Shown piece after piece: positions 1 to 9,971 of a stretch of 41,439 nucleotides of DNA (positions within the stretch are counted from its first letter, which is position 1; the number at the start of each line of letters is the position of its first letter). A model generated the notes under the pieces. That model was not told the DNA's origin, ran no database searches, and saw only the letters and a list, made by a program, of their open reading frames with translations. Both the position numbers and the translations under genes were made by a program. Source of the stretch: Candidatus Hodarchaeota archaeon. GTDB taxonomy: Archaea; Asgardarchaeota; Heimdallarchaeia; Hodarchaeales; Hodarchaeaceae. Location: assembly GCA_016839785.1 (NCBI GenBank), contig JAEOTQ010000004.1, positions 1 through 41,439 on the forward strand, read 5' to 3'.

Positions 1-1311
1 CCACGTATTGATAATTGGTGGGGTCCTGCTGGTTCTACTGGACCTTGTGGTCCCGATACGGAGATGTTTTTCGATACCGGAAAAGAAACTTGCTCAAAGA
101 CATGTCGTCCAGGATGTCACTGTGGAAAATACTTTGAAATCTGGAACGATGTCTTTATGAGTTATAATAAGTTAGTAGATGGTACATTTGAAAAATTAGC
201 TCAACATAACGTGGATACGGGAATGGGTATTGAGCGTACAGTTGCTGTACTCAACGGTGCGCAAACAATCCATGAGATAGATACCATCCAACCCATTAGT
301 GACCGTATAAAACGATTTGCTAAAATAAAAGATGAACTTAGTGAGGAACAACGTAAATCGATCAATATCATTGCTGATCACATAAGATCAGCTACCTTCA
401 TATTGGGAGATGACAAAAGTGTTTCTCCGTCTAACCTAGGGCAAGGATATGTTCTTCGTAGATTTATTCGAGGTGTTATCCGTCAAGGAAATTTGTTAAA
501 TATTAAACAACGCTTTCTTCCAGCCCTTGCTGAAATCGTTATTAGTATATATTCAGATATCTATCCAGAACTTGAAAGGAATAAGAACTTTATAATCGAA
601 AATTTAACCCAAGAGGAAAAAAAGTTTTCTACAACGTTGAAACGTGGCCTTAAGCGTTTGAGTAAAATTTTGGATGAAACAGGAACTTTAACAGGTCGAG
701 ATGCATTTCTTCTATTCACTTCCTTCGGTTTTCCTTTAGAAATGACATTAGAAATTGCAAAGGAAAAAAATATTACGATTGATACTCAAGCATTTCAAAA
801 GGAGTTTGCACATCATAAAGATCTCTCAAGAAAGGCAACTTCGGGAACTTTCAAAAGTGGACTTGCTGATCATACAGAAAAAACAACTCGTCTACACACC
901 GCGACTCATCTTTTACAGCAAGCATTAAGAGATGTATTAGGAGATCACGTTGAACAAAAAGGCAGTAATATAACCCCAGAACGAACAAGGTTTGATTTTA
1001 CACATTCTGAAAAACTTACACAAAAAGAAATCGAGAAAGTGGAGAAAATTGTGAATAAAAAGATCAAAGAGGGACTTGCAGTAAAAAGCGAAATCCTCAC
1101 TCCAAAAGAGGCAAAAGCAAGTGGAGCTCTGGGATTTTTTGAAGACAAATATCAAACTAAAGTCTCTGTATATTCAGTAGGAGATTTTTCTAAAGAGATT
1201 TGCACAGGTCCTCACGTTAGAAACACAAAAGATATTGGGAAATTTATCATTCAGAGGCAAAAGAATATCGGGGCAGGCTTGATGAGAATTCGAGCAAAAA
1301 TTGAACCTTAA
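1..1311 (+). CDS. alaS: Alanine--tRNA ligase, 5'-partial, short form lacking the C-Ala domain
   Basis: Frame is open from base 1 (PRIDNWWGPAGSTGPCGPDTEMF). Motifs EIWNDVFM, VDTGMGIER, DHIRS, GYVLRR, FGFPLEMT; editing-domain HTATHLL and EICTGPHV. Ends immediately after the editing domain. Confidence 0.96.
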   Translation, partial: PRIDNWWGPAGSTGPCGPDTEMFFDTGKETCSKTCRPGCHCGKYFEIWNDVFMSYNKLVDGTFEKLAQHNVDTGMGIERTVAVLNGAQTIHEIDTIQPISDRIKRFAKIKDELSEEQRKSINIIADHIRSATFILGDDKSVSPSNLGQGYVLRRFIRGVIRQGNLLNIKQRFLPALAEIVISIYSDIYPELERNKNFIIENLTQEEKKFSTTLKRGLKRLSKILDETGTLTGRDAFLLFTSFGFPLEMTLEIAKEKNITIDTQAFQKEFAHHKDLSRKATSGTFKSGLADHTEKTTRLHTATHLLQQALRDVLGDHVEQKGSNITPERTRFDFTHSEKLTQKEIEKVEKIVNKKIKEGLAVKSEILTPKEAKASGALGFFEDKYQTKVSVYSVGDFSKEICTGPHVRNTKDIGKFIIQRQKNIGAGLMRIRAKIEP

Positions 1312-1318
1312 AAAAAAT

Positions 1319-2080
1319 TCAGAATTTGGTCAGTTTAACTTTAGGAGGATTTTCGGAGACAGCTAGTACGCTTTGATTTGGCATTTCAGTCCATCCCTCT
1401 CCACTTATTCCTTTTACATCTATATTTTCTGAACAAACAACAATACCTGAACCAGTCTCATAATAAAACATCGTATAGTAATCGTGGTGTCTACTCACAC
1501 TGCGAATAGTATACATTTCTGCTCCATTAGTGAGAACACAGTTAAGGGATGTATATTCAACACTGACTTGTGAGAGACTATCAATCAAATTCATAGTTCT
1601 AGCTTCTATATCACTACCTTCAATCAAACTGGATAAGAGGTAATGAAATAGATGCTCTGAATCAGAATTTTCGGAAGTAGTCTGTAATTCAGAATTCGGG
1701 TTCAAGGATTCTGCATTATATACAGTACCATTATGAATAAAGGCCCAATCTAAAGAAAGGAAAGGATGATTATTTGGTAATGAAATGGAAATTCCAGTAC
1801 TAGCCTTTCTTAGATGACATAGAAAAACTCGTGGTTGGTGTTCAAATGAATGGATTCGTTTTCCAAACTCTGGTGCTCCAAGTGCCTCTCCCATATATTT
1901 TCCAACAAGCTCCATTCCCGAACTATTGTATCTTGAGCTAGCCATCCCCCAACCATCCTTATGTCCAGGTGAAACGCCTGGAACAGGTGGTACTTTTCCT
2001 TTTTCTGATAATTCTTGAAATTTAAACAGAAAATCCTTCCAAAGTGATACTGAACCATATATCCCTAGAAGACGACACAT
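1319..2080 (-). CDS. Class II (Ntn) glutamine amidotransferase, YafJ/EgtC-like
   Basis: True start is likely the ATG at 2080, giving MCRLLG with the N-terminal nucleophile Cys2. Motifs HKDGWG, CHLRKAS, NNHPF, FIHNG, DSE. Confidence 0.9.
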   Translation of the reverse strand: MCRLLGIYGSVSLWKDFLFKFQELSEKGKVPPVPGVSPGHKDGWGMASSRYNSSGMELVGKYMGEALGAPEFGKRIHSFEHQPRVFLCHLRKASTGISISLPNNHPFLSLDWAFIHNGTVYNAESLNPNSELQTTSENSDSEHLFHYLLSSLIEGSDIEARTMNLIDSLSQVSVEYTSLNCVLTNGAEMYTIRSVSRHHDYYTMFYYETGSGIVVCSENIDVKGISGEGWTEMPNQSVLAVSENPPKVKLTKF

Positions 2081-2103
2081 ACTAACACCTATTACAGTAA
2101 GAT

Positions 2104-2961
2104 TTAGAAATGTTTTGGTTTTGTTAATGGTACCCGCCAATCTATACTGGGTGTTCTTACTCCCAGTTTAAATACAATAGGACCTCTTCGTTTATGTTCG
2201 CTTTTATAGATCATAGTTCTAACTTTTTTAATCAGTTCAGGAGAAATCAGAGTCAGTTCAGCAATTTCTTTCTCAGTTTGAAAAACTTCAAGCCCATATA
2301 GGACAGAGTCGAGTTGGGTATAACTCATTCCTATTTCGGCCTCATCTGTTTGACCTTTAGTTAATCCTGCACTTGGAGCCTTTTGTATAAAAGACTTAGG
2401 AAGTTTCAGATATTCAGCGAGCTGGAAAATATGGGTTTTGTACACATCTCCAATAGGAAGAATATCTACACCTCCATCACCGAATTTAGTAAAATATCCT
2501 ATCATTAATTCACTCTTATTTCCGGCACCACACACTAAATAATTCTTCTTGTTAGCATGAAAGTATAAATATGTCTGTAAAATCCTAGGTTTGATGTTCA
2601 TCCAAGCTAATTCGGATGATTCCTCTGTTTGGTTAATACTATTGGAAAATTCGTCGATAACATTCTGAATATCATACTGGATTAAATCAAGCTTTAATTT
2701 TTTACACAATGTGTGTATGTCTTCAATATCTGATTCTAATGAATTTTTATTCCGTAAGAATATTGGGGTGACATTTTTTGACCCTATGGACTTGACAGCA
2801 AGAGTAACGACTACTGCTGAATCTATCCCTCCACTTAATCCAATCACCACTCCGTTTACTCTAGCTTCGGTTACTCTCGTCTTAATAAATTCTTGAATCA
2901 GCTCGCTAGTATTAGCACAATCAATGGGAGGAATACTACGAGTTTGTGATTTAGATGTCAT
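2104..2961 (-). CDS. nadE: NAD+ synthetase, synthetase-only subunit
   Basis: PP-loop GLSGGIDSAV, NIKPR, NKSELMIGYFTKFGDGG, PSAGL..GQTDE, SEHKR. Confidence 0.95.
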   Translation of the reverse strand: MTSKSQTRSIPPIDCANTSELIQEFIKTRVTEARVNGVVIGLSGGIDSAVVVTLAVKSIGSKNVTPIFLRNKNSLESDIEDIHTLCKKLKLDLIQYDIQNVIDEFSNSINQTEESSELAWMNIKPRILQTYLYFHANKKNYLVCGAGNKSELMIGYFTKFGDGGVDILPIGDVYKTHIFQLAEYLKLPKSFIQKAPSAGLTKGQTDEAEIGMSYTQLDSVLYGLEVFQTEKEIAELTLISPELIKKVRTMIYKSEHKRRGPIVFKLGVRTPSIDWRVPLTKPKHF

Positions 2962-3793
2962 AATAACTCTCTTCTAGTTTTTTAAATATCCAGGAGGGTA
3001 AATCCTTCAAGGTGGGAACAAAATTTTTGGCACTTTGTGCGCTCTCCGTTGACAATGTGCAGATTCCGAAATCAGGCTTATTATATTCGAGTTTTGCTAC
3101 TTGCTTCCCAGTAGCAGTTCGAACTTCGGATCCTCCCCAGAAAATTAAATCATCTTGAATCCCAGATTGGTTTACATACACAAAATTAATCGTATTTTCC
3201 ATTGCTCTTGCGGGGATAAATGTTTCAAAATAATGTCGTCGTACACCTGGAGAAGCAGAAATACATATGCTTGTGTGAGCTCCTAAGAGAGCGTGAGCCC
3301 GTGTAATTTCAGGACTAAATATATCATAGCAAATTTGCATCCCAATCTTTCCCATCGGAGTGTCAATAATGTTTATTGTCGGAGAAGTCCGGAAATACCG
3401 TCTTTCATTAAACACTGAGTGATTAGGAAGAAAGATTTTACGACTTTTTCCAATAAAACCCTGTGGTCCAAACATTGCTGCAGTATTGTACAATAACCCT
3501 GGAACAGAAGACTCTGGTAATCCTGCAATCAAATAACAATTGTTCTTTTGTGAAATTTGGATTAATTCCTGACAGAGAGGCCCAGAAGGAATTGGTTCTG
3601 CCAGCTGATAAACATCATCATGCATTAAGTAACCAGTAACTGATAATTCAGGGAAGACAACAATTGTATCGAGGTCCTTGTCTCGTACAATTTTCTCGCA
3701 TGTTTCCGCTATAATCTTTAGGTTGGATGTGGGATCTGCTTGGTGTGAATGTATCTGAGCTAATGCTACACGGAATTTCAACCTATTCACCAT
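2951..3793 (-). CDS. Carbon-nitrogen hydrolase (nitrilase family), probable glutaminase subunit for NadE
   Basis: E-K-C triad (VFPELS, RKIFLP, ICYD). KIFLPNHSVFNERRYF resembles the K-x-x-LPNY-x-x-FDE-x-RYF motif of NadE glutaminase domains. Overlaps the nadE start. Confidence 0.85.
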   Translation of the reverse strand: MVNRLKFRVALAQIHSHQADPTSNLKIIAETCEKIVRDKDLDTIVVFPELSVTGYLMHDDVYQLAEPIPSGPLCQELIQISQKNNCYLIAGLPESSVPGLLYNTAAMFGPQGFIGKSRKIFLPNHSVFNERRYFRTSPTINIIDTPMGKIGMQICYDIFSPEITRAHALLGAHTSICISASPGVRRHYFETFIPARAMENTINFVYVNQSGIQDDLIFWGGSEVRTATGKQVAKLEYNKPDFGICTLSTESAQSAKNFVPTLKDLPSWIFKKLEESYYDI

Positions 3794-3799
3794 TTATTT

Positions 3800-5074
3800 T
3801 TAAACGTCGATATATTCCTTCCAATCCCAATCGGTAACCTGGGTTGAATATTGAAGCCATTCTTTTTTCTTTAACTTCAAAAAATGATTGAATATATGTG
3901 TTCCCAGCGCCTCTTGAATAACACGATCATTTTCCAAACATGTAAGGGCCTGAAAGAGATTCCCAGGGAGAGTCTTAATACCTAACTTATCTCGCTCTTC
4001 AGATGTAAATTTAAAGATATTTGATTTGACAGGAGACGAGAGTTCCAGTTTTCGATCTATCCCATCTATACCTGCAGCAATTACGGCTGCTAAAGCTAAG
4101 TAAGGATTGGAACTAGGATCAGGACAACGATATTCAAATCGTGCAGTGTGGGGATCTTGAAACATTGGAACGCGACATAATGTAGATCTATTCAAAGGGG
4201 CCCATGCAATATATACTGGTGCTTCAAAACCAGGAACTAACCGTTTAAAAGAATTTACTGTGGGAGCCACTATGACGGTTAAAGCTTCTGCATGATCAAG
4301 TATTCCAGCCATAAATTGTTGTCCTAGGGTTGATACTTCGCTTGGATTTCCGGTGGCAAAAAGATTTTCATCTCCTTTCCAAAGAGAAAGATGAAAATGC
4401 ATCCCATTCCCATTTGCATCGCCAAAAGGCTTGGGCATAAATGTGGCAGAATAACCAATTTTTGCAGCCAGAGCTCTCACGATTGCTTTGTAGGTAACAA
4501 TCGAATCTGCGGTATGTAGTGCCTCTGAATGTTTAATTTCAATTTCATACTGTCCCGCCCCGCCCTCATGATGATGTACTTTACATAAAATCCCAGCTTT
4601 TTCTAAATGTGAGGGAAACCGTTTAATGACTCCCTCTGCGATGGCATTAGGAAAAATATCTGCATATTTACCTGTGTCCACAGGTTTGTTATCTTTTAAT
4701 AGAAAAAACTCGGGTTCAGGACCAACTTTAAGTGTCCATCCACGAGAGGATAATTTTTCATCAATTATAGCTTTCAGTCGTGACCGGGTATCTCCTATAA
4801 ATACTTTATTATGCTGACGAACCTCACACATTACTGCTATTTTTGGTTCCTCGGTATAAGAAAGCTCAATTATGCTATCTGCATCCGGAATTAAATGTAG
4901 ATCCGAGTTTTCAAGTGGAGTAAAACCAGCAACGGAACTACCGTCAACATTCGCTCCTTCAGTGAAAATTGGATCTGATTGGGCTGTTTGAAGTTCATGA
5001 ATGTTAACTGGAACATTCATTGCTTTGAGTTTACCATGTATATCTACAAAACGGATTTCTAAAACGCTAAACAT
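3800..5074 (-). CDS. glnA: Glutamine synthetase, type I
   Basis: FVDIHG, DGSS, GPEPEFFL, HHE...GQYEI, ATFMPKP, GNGMHFHLSL, NSFKRLVPGFEAP, NRS, RFEYRCPDPSSNPYLA. Confidence 0.93.
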   Translation of the reverse strand: MFSVLEIRFVDIHGKLKAMNVPVNIHELQTAQSDPIFTEGANVDGSSVAGFTPLENSDLHLIPDADSIIELSYTEEPKIAVMCEVRQHNKVFIGDTRSRLKAIIDEKLSSRGWTLKVGPEPEFFLLKDNKPVDTGKYADIFPNAIAEGVIKRFPSHLEKAGILCKVHHHEGGAGQYEIEIKHSEALHTADSIVTYKAIVRALAAKIGYSATFMPKPFGDANGNGMHFHLSLWKGDENLFATGNPSEVSTLGQQFMAGILDHAEALTVIVAPTVNSFKRLVPGFEAPVYIAWAPLNRSTLCRVPMFQDPHTARFEYRCPDPSSNPYLALAAVIAAGIDGIDRKLELSSPVKSNIFKFTSEERDKLGIKTLPGNLFQALTCLENDRVIQEALGTHIFNHFLKLKKKEWLQYSTQVTDWDWKEYIDV

Positions 5075-5125
5075 CGTTATTACCTTAGCTTAAAACGAGA
5101 AATCCGTCCTATTAAACCTAAGCTA

Positions 5126-6025
5126 TTATTGTTTTCGAATAATATCTCGAATTTCCCGATAGCCAATGATTGTTATATCAAGCTTCTCAACACTCTCGCG
5201 AAGAGAAGCATCGGTAAAGGCTTCATAATCTTGATTCCGCCACTCGGCAGAATCAGGAGTGATTGATTTCAATTCAGGACTCATTTTTGCTGGATGGAAG
5301 AGTAAATGTGACAATCCTGGTTTTAATTCTTTTAATAGTTCATGATAATATTGGCTTTTATTTGGATACACTCCTCCTGTCTCTATTATCATGTGATCTA
5401 TTAATGGAAATCCACTTGATTCCAAAGTTGCTAATAATTTCTGATAAATATCTACATACTCCCCAAGTCCCATCAAAAATAATTGCTCTTTTGAAATGTT
5501 TGGAAGAAAAGCAGGGATTCTATAATCATTAGAAAGAGTTAAGTAGGATTGAATAAACTTGGGATCCATTACTGTACCCATATGTGTATCAATGTGAGTG
5601 ACATCTATACCAGATTGGAGAGCGAGTTCAATTTGAGAACGCATTTCAACTTCTGCAGCTTCAGCTTTTATATTTGATATTGCCTCCTCTGTAGTTTTCC
5701 AAAGACATCGATCCTCGGCTAATAATCCAGTGTTTGGATCTACACTACTCAGAGCCCGCCATCTATAGGTATTATACTCAGAGGTTAATGTTAGATGAAC
5801 ACCAATATCATACTGGGGATTTCTTCTTGCGATTGCTGCCGCTTCCAAAAACCAAGGTGCTGGGACGATCACAGACCCACATGAGGCAATTCCAAAGTCT
5901 AAACACTCAAAAGCTCCCACATTCGCTGCATGTGAGAAACCCATATCATCAATATGAAGAATGACTACTTTGTCGTCTTGAGAGAATCCTAGTTTCTGAA
6001 TAAATTTTTCATTGGTCATTATCAT
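5126..6025 (-). CDS. YdjC/ChbG-family carbohydrate deacetylase
   Basis: HIDDMG, GVHLTL, THIDTHMG, LLFHP metal-binding motifs. Confidence 0.88.
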   Translation of the reverse strand: MIMTNEKFIQKLGFSQDDKVVILHIDDMGFSHAANVGAFECLDFGIASCGSVIVPAPWFLEAAAIARRNPQYDIGVHLTLTSEYNTYRWRALSSVDPNTGLLAEDRCLWKTTEEAISNIKAEAAEVEMRSQIELALQSGIDVTHIDTHMGTVMDPKFIQSYLTLSNDYRIPAFLPNISKEQLFLMGLGEYVDIYQKLLATLESSGFPLIDHMIIETGGVYPNKSQYYHELLKELKPGLSHLLFHPAKMSPELKSITPDSAEWRNQDYEAFTDASLRESVEKLDITIIGYREIRDIIRKQ

Positions 6026-6845
6026 ACATTCCTGATGTAATCGCTTTGTAAATAATATTGTTTACTTGAGTTGGAACCTCTTGAAAAACGAAGTGTCCTG
6101 CATCCTGTATGAGGAAAATTTGGGAATTAGGTATATTCTCGTGGAGATATCGTGAAAATTTAGGAGGAGTCATTTGATCTTCGTCTCCACAAATAATTAC
6201 TGTTGGAATTTTAATCCTCTCTAGATCCTCTCGAACATCAAAATGGCGACAAGCTTCAAGATCATTGTATAAGACAATTAAGCCATTGTTTGTAAGTATA
6301 TCCTGATTTTTATACTTTATTGATAAATCTGCATTAGTTCCATAACTGAATTTACTCATTAAGCGCAAAGCTTCTTTGAAATCAGTTTTAAGGAGGTCAA
6401 AAAATACAGGTGCAACATTTAATTTTGCTCCAGTACCAACGAGAAATAGAGCTTTTGGTGAAGGGGGAGGATCTTCGATTACTCCTTTTTCGGCAAGTAA
6501 GACGAAGTTTAAGGCAATAGCTCCTCCCATTGAATGTCCTCCTAGGTAATAATTCTTAAATTCCAAAGAGGAGATAAGATCAATGATATCGTGTGTATAA
6601 TCATCAATAAGAGACTGACTGACAGAATTTTCATAGAACGAAATATCTGGATCTGATCTACTTTTTCCATGGTTAGGTAAACTTATCGCAAGAATTCCAA
6701 ATTTCTTTTTCGATAAAAAATCAATTTGAAAATCCCATTGACTTTTATCACCGCCAGCACCATGAATAAGTACTATGTATGGAAGCGAGTCATTTTTGGG
6801 ATTTATTAGATCATAATCGAGTTTATCAACCACTCTTATTACCAA
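6009..6845 (-). CDS. Alpha/beta-fold hydrolase
   Basis: LIHGAGG oxyanion motif, LPNHGKS, nucleophile GHSMGG, GDEDQMTP, AGHF. Confidence 0.92.
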   Translation of the reverse strand: MVIRVVDKLDYDLINPKNDSLPYIVLIHGAGGDKSQWDFQIDFLSKKKFGILAISLPNHGKSRSDPDISFYENSVSQSLIDDYTHDIIDLISSLEFKNYYLGGHSMGGAIALNFVLLAEKGVIEDPPPSPKALFLVGTGAKLNVAPVFFDLLKTDFKEALRLMSKFSYGTNADLSIKYKNQDILTNNGLIVLYNDLEACRHFDVREDLERIKIPTVIICGDEDQMTPPKFSRYLHENIPNSQIFLIQDAGHFVFQEVPTQVNNIIYKAITSGMYDNDQ

Positions 6846-6868
6846 CTAAACCAGTTTTTTGAATTCTC

Positions 6869-7681
6869 TCAATCTTTAAATCTGTCCCATTTGTCTTTTT
6901 TCCACTTTGCTGATCGCTTCTCTAAAAATGCCTTTAGCCCTTCTTTTCCTTCAGGAGATGTTCTGATATGAGCAATCTTTTCAATTAAGTATGGACGAAT
7001 ACTCTCAAAATCCTTTGTCCTATTTTCTTTTAGCATTTCCTTAATTTGAGACATGGCTACTGGCCCACTAGCAAGAAGATGATTAATAAGGGATGTAACT
7101 TTTTGATTCAAGTCAGCTTGATCTACTGCAGTCTCATGTATTAGTCCAATCCTCAATGCAATTGACGTATCAAATCTCTCACCAGTTAAAAAGAATCTAG
7201 TAGCATGAGAGTATCCAATTTTTGGAATTACGTACGGACTGATCACAGCTGGTAGAATTCCCAAGTTGACTTCGGAAAACGCGAAAATGGATCTTTCAAT
7301 CGCAATCGAAATGTCACAGAGCGAAACGAGTCCAACTCCTCCCCCGAAAGCGGCACCATTAATACGTCCTACAACAGGTTTAGAGGAATTGTATATTGTA
7401 TTGAAAAGCTTCTCTAACTTTACTGCGTCCTGTTGGTTCTCATTTAATGTGAAGTCCTTACTTGCCTCCATATAAACTAGATCAGCACCTGCAGAAAAAG
7501 ATTTTCCAGCTCCAGTTAAGACTATAACCCGAATTTTGGAATTATTAGTTTGTTTAGCAAATTCTAAAGTCAGTTCCGATATCATTTGAGGGTTAAATGC
7601 GTTATGGACCTGTGCACGATTCAGTGTAATTATGCAGACATGATCAACTTCTTCTGAAGTAATGGTTTCATATTTTGTCAT
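6869..7681 (-). CDS. Enoyl-CoA hydratase family, probable methylglutaconyl-CoA hydratase (LiuC-like)
   Basis: Likely start is the ATG at 7681 (MTKYETI). TLNR..HNAF, FSAGADL, GAAFGGGVGL, FSEVNLGILPAVISPYV. Lies directly downstream of the MCC beta subunit. Confidence 0.88.
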   Translation of the reverse strand: MTKYETITSEEVDHVCIITLNRAQVHNAFNPQMISELTLEFAKQTNNSKIRVIVLTGAGKSFSAGADLVYMEASKDFTLNENQQDAVKLEKLFNTIYNSSKPVVGRINGAAFGGGVGLVSLCDISIAIERSIFAFSEVNLGILPAVISPYVIPKIGYSHATRFFLTGERFDTSIALRIGLIHETAVDQADLNQKVTSLINHLLASGPVAMSQIKEMLKENRTKDFESIRPYLIEKIAHIRTSPEGKEGLKAFLEKRSAKWKKDKWDRFKD

Positions 7682-7704
7682 CGACTTTCCTTCCAAATCG
7701 AAAT

Positions 7705-9309
7705 TCACATGCGGAAGACACCGTAGTTTGTATCGGGTATCTCTGCATTCAAAGAAGCAGATATACACAATGCTAGAATTATACGGGTATCAGCAGGGTC
7801 AATAATCCCATCATCCCATAAGCGCCCTGTACTATAGTAAGCACTAGATTCTGTGTCATATTTCGCTAGAATGGGTTTCATAATTTCCTCTCTCTGCTCA
7901 GGAGACAATGTCTTTCCCCTAGAAGCTAGTTGAGTTTCTTTGACTGTAGCTAATACATTAGCTGCCTGTTCTCCACCCATAACAGAGATCCGAGCGTTTG
8001 GCCACATAAATAAGAATCGTGGGGAATATGCCCGTCCCGCCATACCGTAATTTCCAGCTCCATAGGAACCTCCGATTACAATAGTAAATTTTGGTACTTG
8101 GGCATTACTTACTGCCATAACAAGTTTAGCTCCATCCTTTGCAATCCCTCCAGATTCGGCTTCACTTCCGACTATAAAACCAGTAATATTCTGTAAGAAA
8201 ATTAATGGTAAGTTCCTCTGGGTACATAGATTGATGAAATGAGCACCTTTTAGGGCACTTTCTGAAAATAATACGCCATTATTAGCGAGGATTCCAACGG
8301 GATATCCCATAATTCGTGTAAACCCGCATACGAGGGTGGATCCATATAAGGCTTTAAATTCGTGAAAACGGGATCCATCCACCAATCGAGCGATGACCTC
8401 GTGTACATCGTACGCTTGACGAGTATCTCTCGGTAGAATTCCATAAATTTCATCAATATCATAAAGGGGAGGTTCTGGTTGTCGAAAATCAAGTGTTGTT
8501 TTAGGAGGTAAATTCAAATGCTCAATGATGTTGCGTGTTATCCGTAACGCGTGCTCATCATTGGTTGCATAGTGATCAGCAACTCCAGAGGTTCTACAAT
8601 GAACATCTGCTCCTCCTAAATCTTCAGCAGTAACTTCTTCACCTGTAGCTGCCTTTACAAGTGGAGGCCCACCGAGAAAAATAGTACCTGTACCTTTAAC
8701 AATGACTGTTTCATCTGACATTGCAGGAACATATGCCCCACCAGCTGTGCACGATCCCATTACTACGCTTATTTGTGGTATTGCTTTTGATGACATTTGA
8801 GCTTGATTATAGAATATTCTTCCAAAGTGTTCTTTATCAGGAAATACTTCAGCTTGAAGAGGTAGAAATGCTCCACCAGAATCAACCAAATAGACACAAG
8901 GAAGATTATTTTGTTCAGCTATTTCCTGAGCACGGAGGTGTTTCTTAACCGTCATTGGGAAGTAAGTACCCCCTTTAATCGTGGCATCATTTGCAATAAA
9001 CATAATTTCTCTCCCCGCGACTAAACCAATGCCAGTCACGATTCCTGCATATGGTGCAGCATTATCGTACAAGTTATAAGCAGCTAATGAGCTTAATTCC
9101 ATAAAAGGTGTGTCAGGATCAAGTATCATCTTTATACGTTGGCGTGCAGGTATTTTCCCTCTCTCCAGATGTTTTTCCATTGCCTTAGGGTTACCTGATC
9201 TTATTGAATCAAGAATCTCTCTGTGTTCTTCAAGAACTTTCTGAAAATGTTCATAATTATCTTGAAAATCCGATGATTTTACATCTACTTTAGATTTTAT
9301 TATTGCCAT
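7705..9309 (-). CDS. Methylcrotonyl-CoA carboxylase carboxyltransferase (beta) subunit, LiuB-like
   Basis: [70 protein letters not shown]-terminal GVFRM. GAGGT upstream of the ATG at 9309. Confidence 0.94.
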   Translation of the reverse strand: MAIIKSKVDVKSSDFQDNYEHFQKVLEEHREILDSIRSGNPKAMEKHLERGKIPARQRIKMILDPDTPFMELSSLAAYNLYDNAAPYAGIVTGIGLVAGREIMFIANDATIKGGTYFPMTVKKHLRAQEIAEQNNLPCVYLVDSGGAFLPLQAEVFPDKEHFGRIFYNQAQMSSKAIPQISVVMGSCTAGGAYVPAMSDETVIVKGTGTIFLGGPPLVKAATGEEVTAEDLGGADVHCRTSGVADHYATNDEHALRITRNIIEHLNLPPKTTLDFRQPEPPLYDIDEIYGILPRDTRQAYDVHEVIARLVDGSRFHEFKALYGSTLVCGFTRIMGYPVGILANNGVLFSESALKGAHFINLCTQRNLPLIFLQNITGFIVGSEAESGGIAKDGAKLVMAVSNAQVPKFTIVIGGSYGAGNYGMAGRAYSPRFLFMWPNARISVMGGEQAANVLATVKETQLASRGKTLSPEQREEIMKPILAKYDTESSAYYSTGRLWDDGIIDPADTRIILALCISASLNAEIPDTNYGVFRM

Positions 9310-9418
9310 CAATTAGACCTCGAAAGAAACATCTCTAGGGAGGATAGCTGTTCTAGAACATTTACTTAAAGAATTTCTTGGACGAAAGTACTTCTGTTAG
9401 GGAGTCAGATAAGTTGAA

Positions 9419-9952
9419 TTAACTTTCTTCAGATGTCTCAGATTGCTGAATTTCCATTAGAGGAACGTTTGCTTCAATTTGATCCCCCTCTGAATAGAAA
9501 ATTTCTGTTATAGTTCCCTCAAAAGGAGAGACTATCTTATTTTCCATTTTCATAGCTTCTACTACTAGTAAATCTTCGCTTTTCTTCACCTCATCCCCTA
9601 CCTTCACTAATAATTTCACGATTCGTCCAGGCATAGGACTAGATAAGCTTCCCTCATCTATTGTCTCTTCAAAATCTTCCTCCTCTAGTTCAGCTATACG
9701 ACGAAGTTCATAATCCGCTCCATCGAGATGAATGAACCTTAAATCGCCATCCTTGGCAACTGAACATTTATAGATGATATTATCTAGAGTAAATTGAAAT
9801 TGACCAGTGCCAAGAACTTTAGCTGTTACAGTTATCTCTTTCTCATTATCCTCATGATCTTTGATGATTACTGAATATCCATCATTATCATCACGACGTA
9901 GACGGACCTCAAATCGATTATTCCCGTTATCAAAATTGAAAACTTCACTCAT
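9419..9952 (-). CDS. Biotin carboxyl carrier protein with N-terminal BT-like beta domain
   Basis: SPMPG and the biotinylation motif EAMKMEN. Beta-rich N-terminal ~85 aa plus an acidic linker. Confidence 0.93.
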   Translation of the reverse strand: MSEVFNFDNGNNRFEVRLRRDDNDGYSVIIKDHEDNEKEITVTAKVLGTGQFQFTLDNIIYKCSVAKDGDLRFIHLDGADYELRRIAELEEEDFEETIDEGSLSSPMPGRIVKLLVKVGDEVKKSEDLLVVEAMKMENKIVSPFEGTITEIFYSEGDQIEANVPLMEIQQSETSEES

Positions 9953-9971
9953 GAAAAGTCACTTTTTGGGT

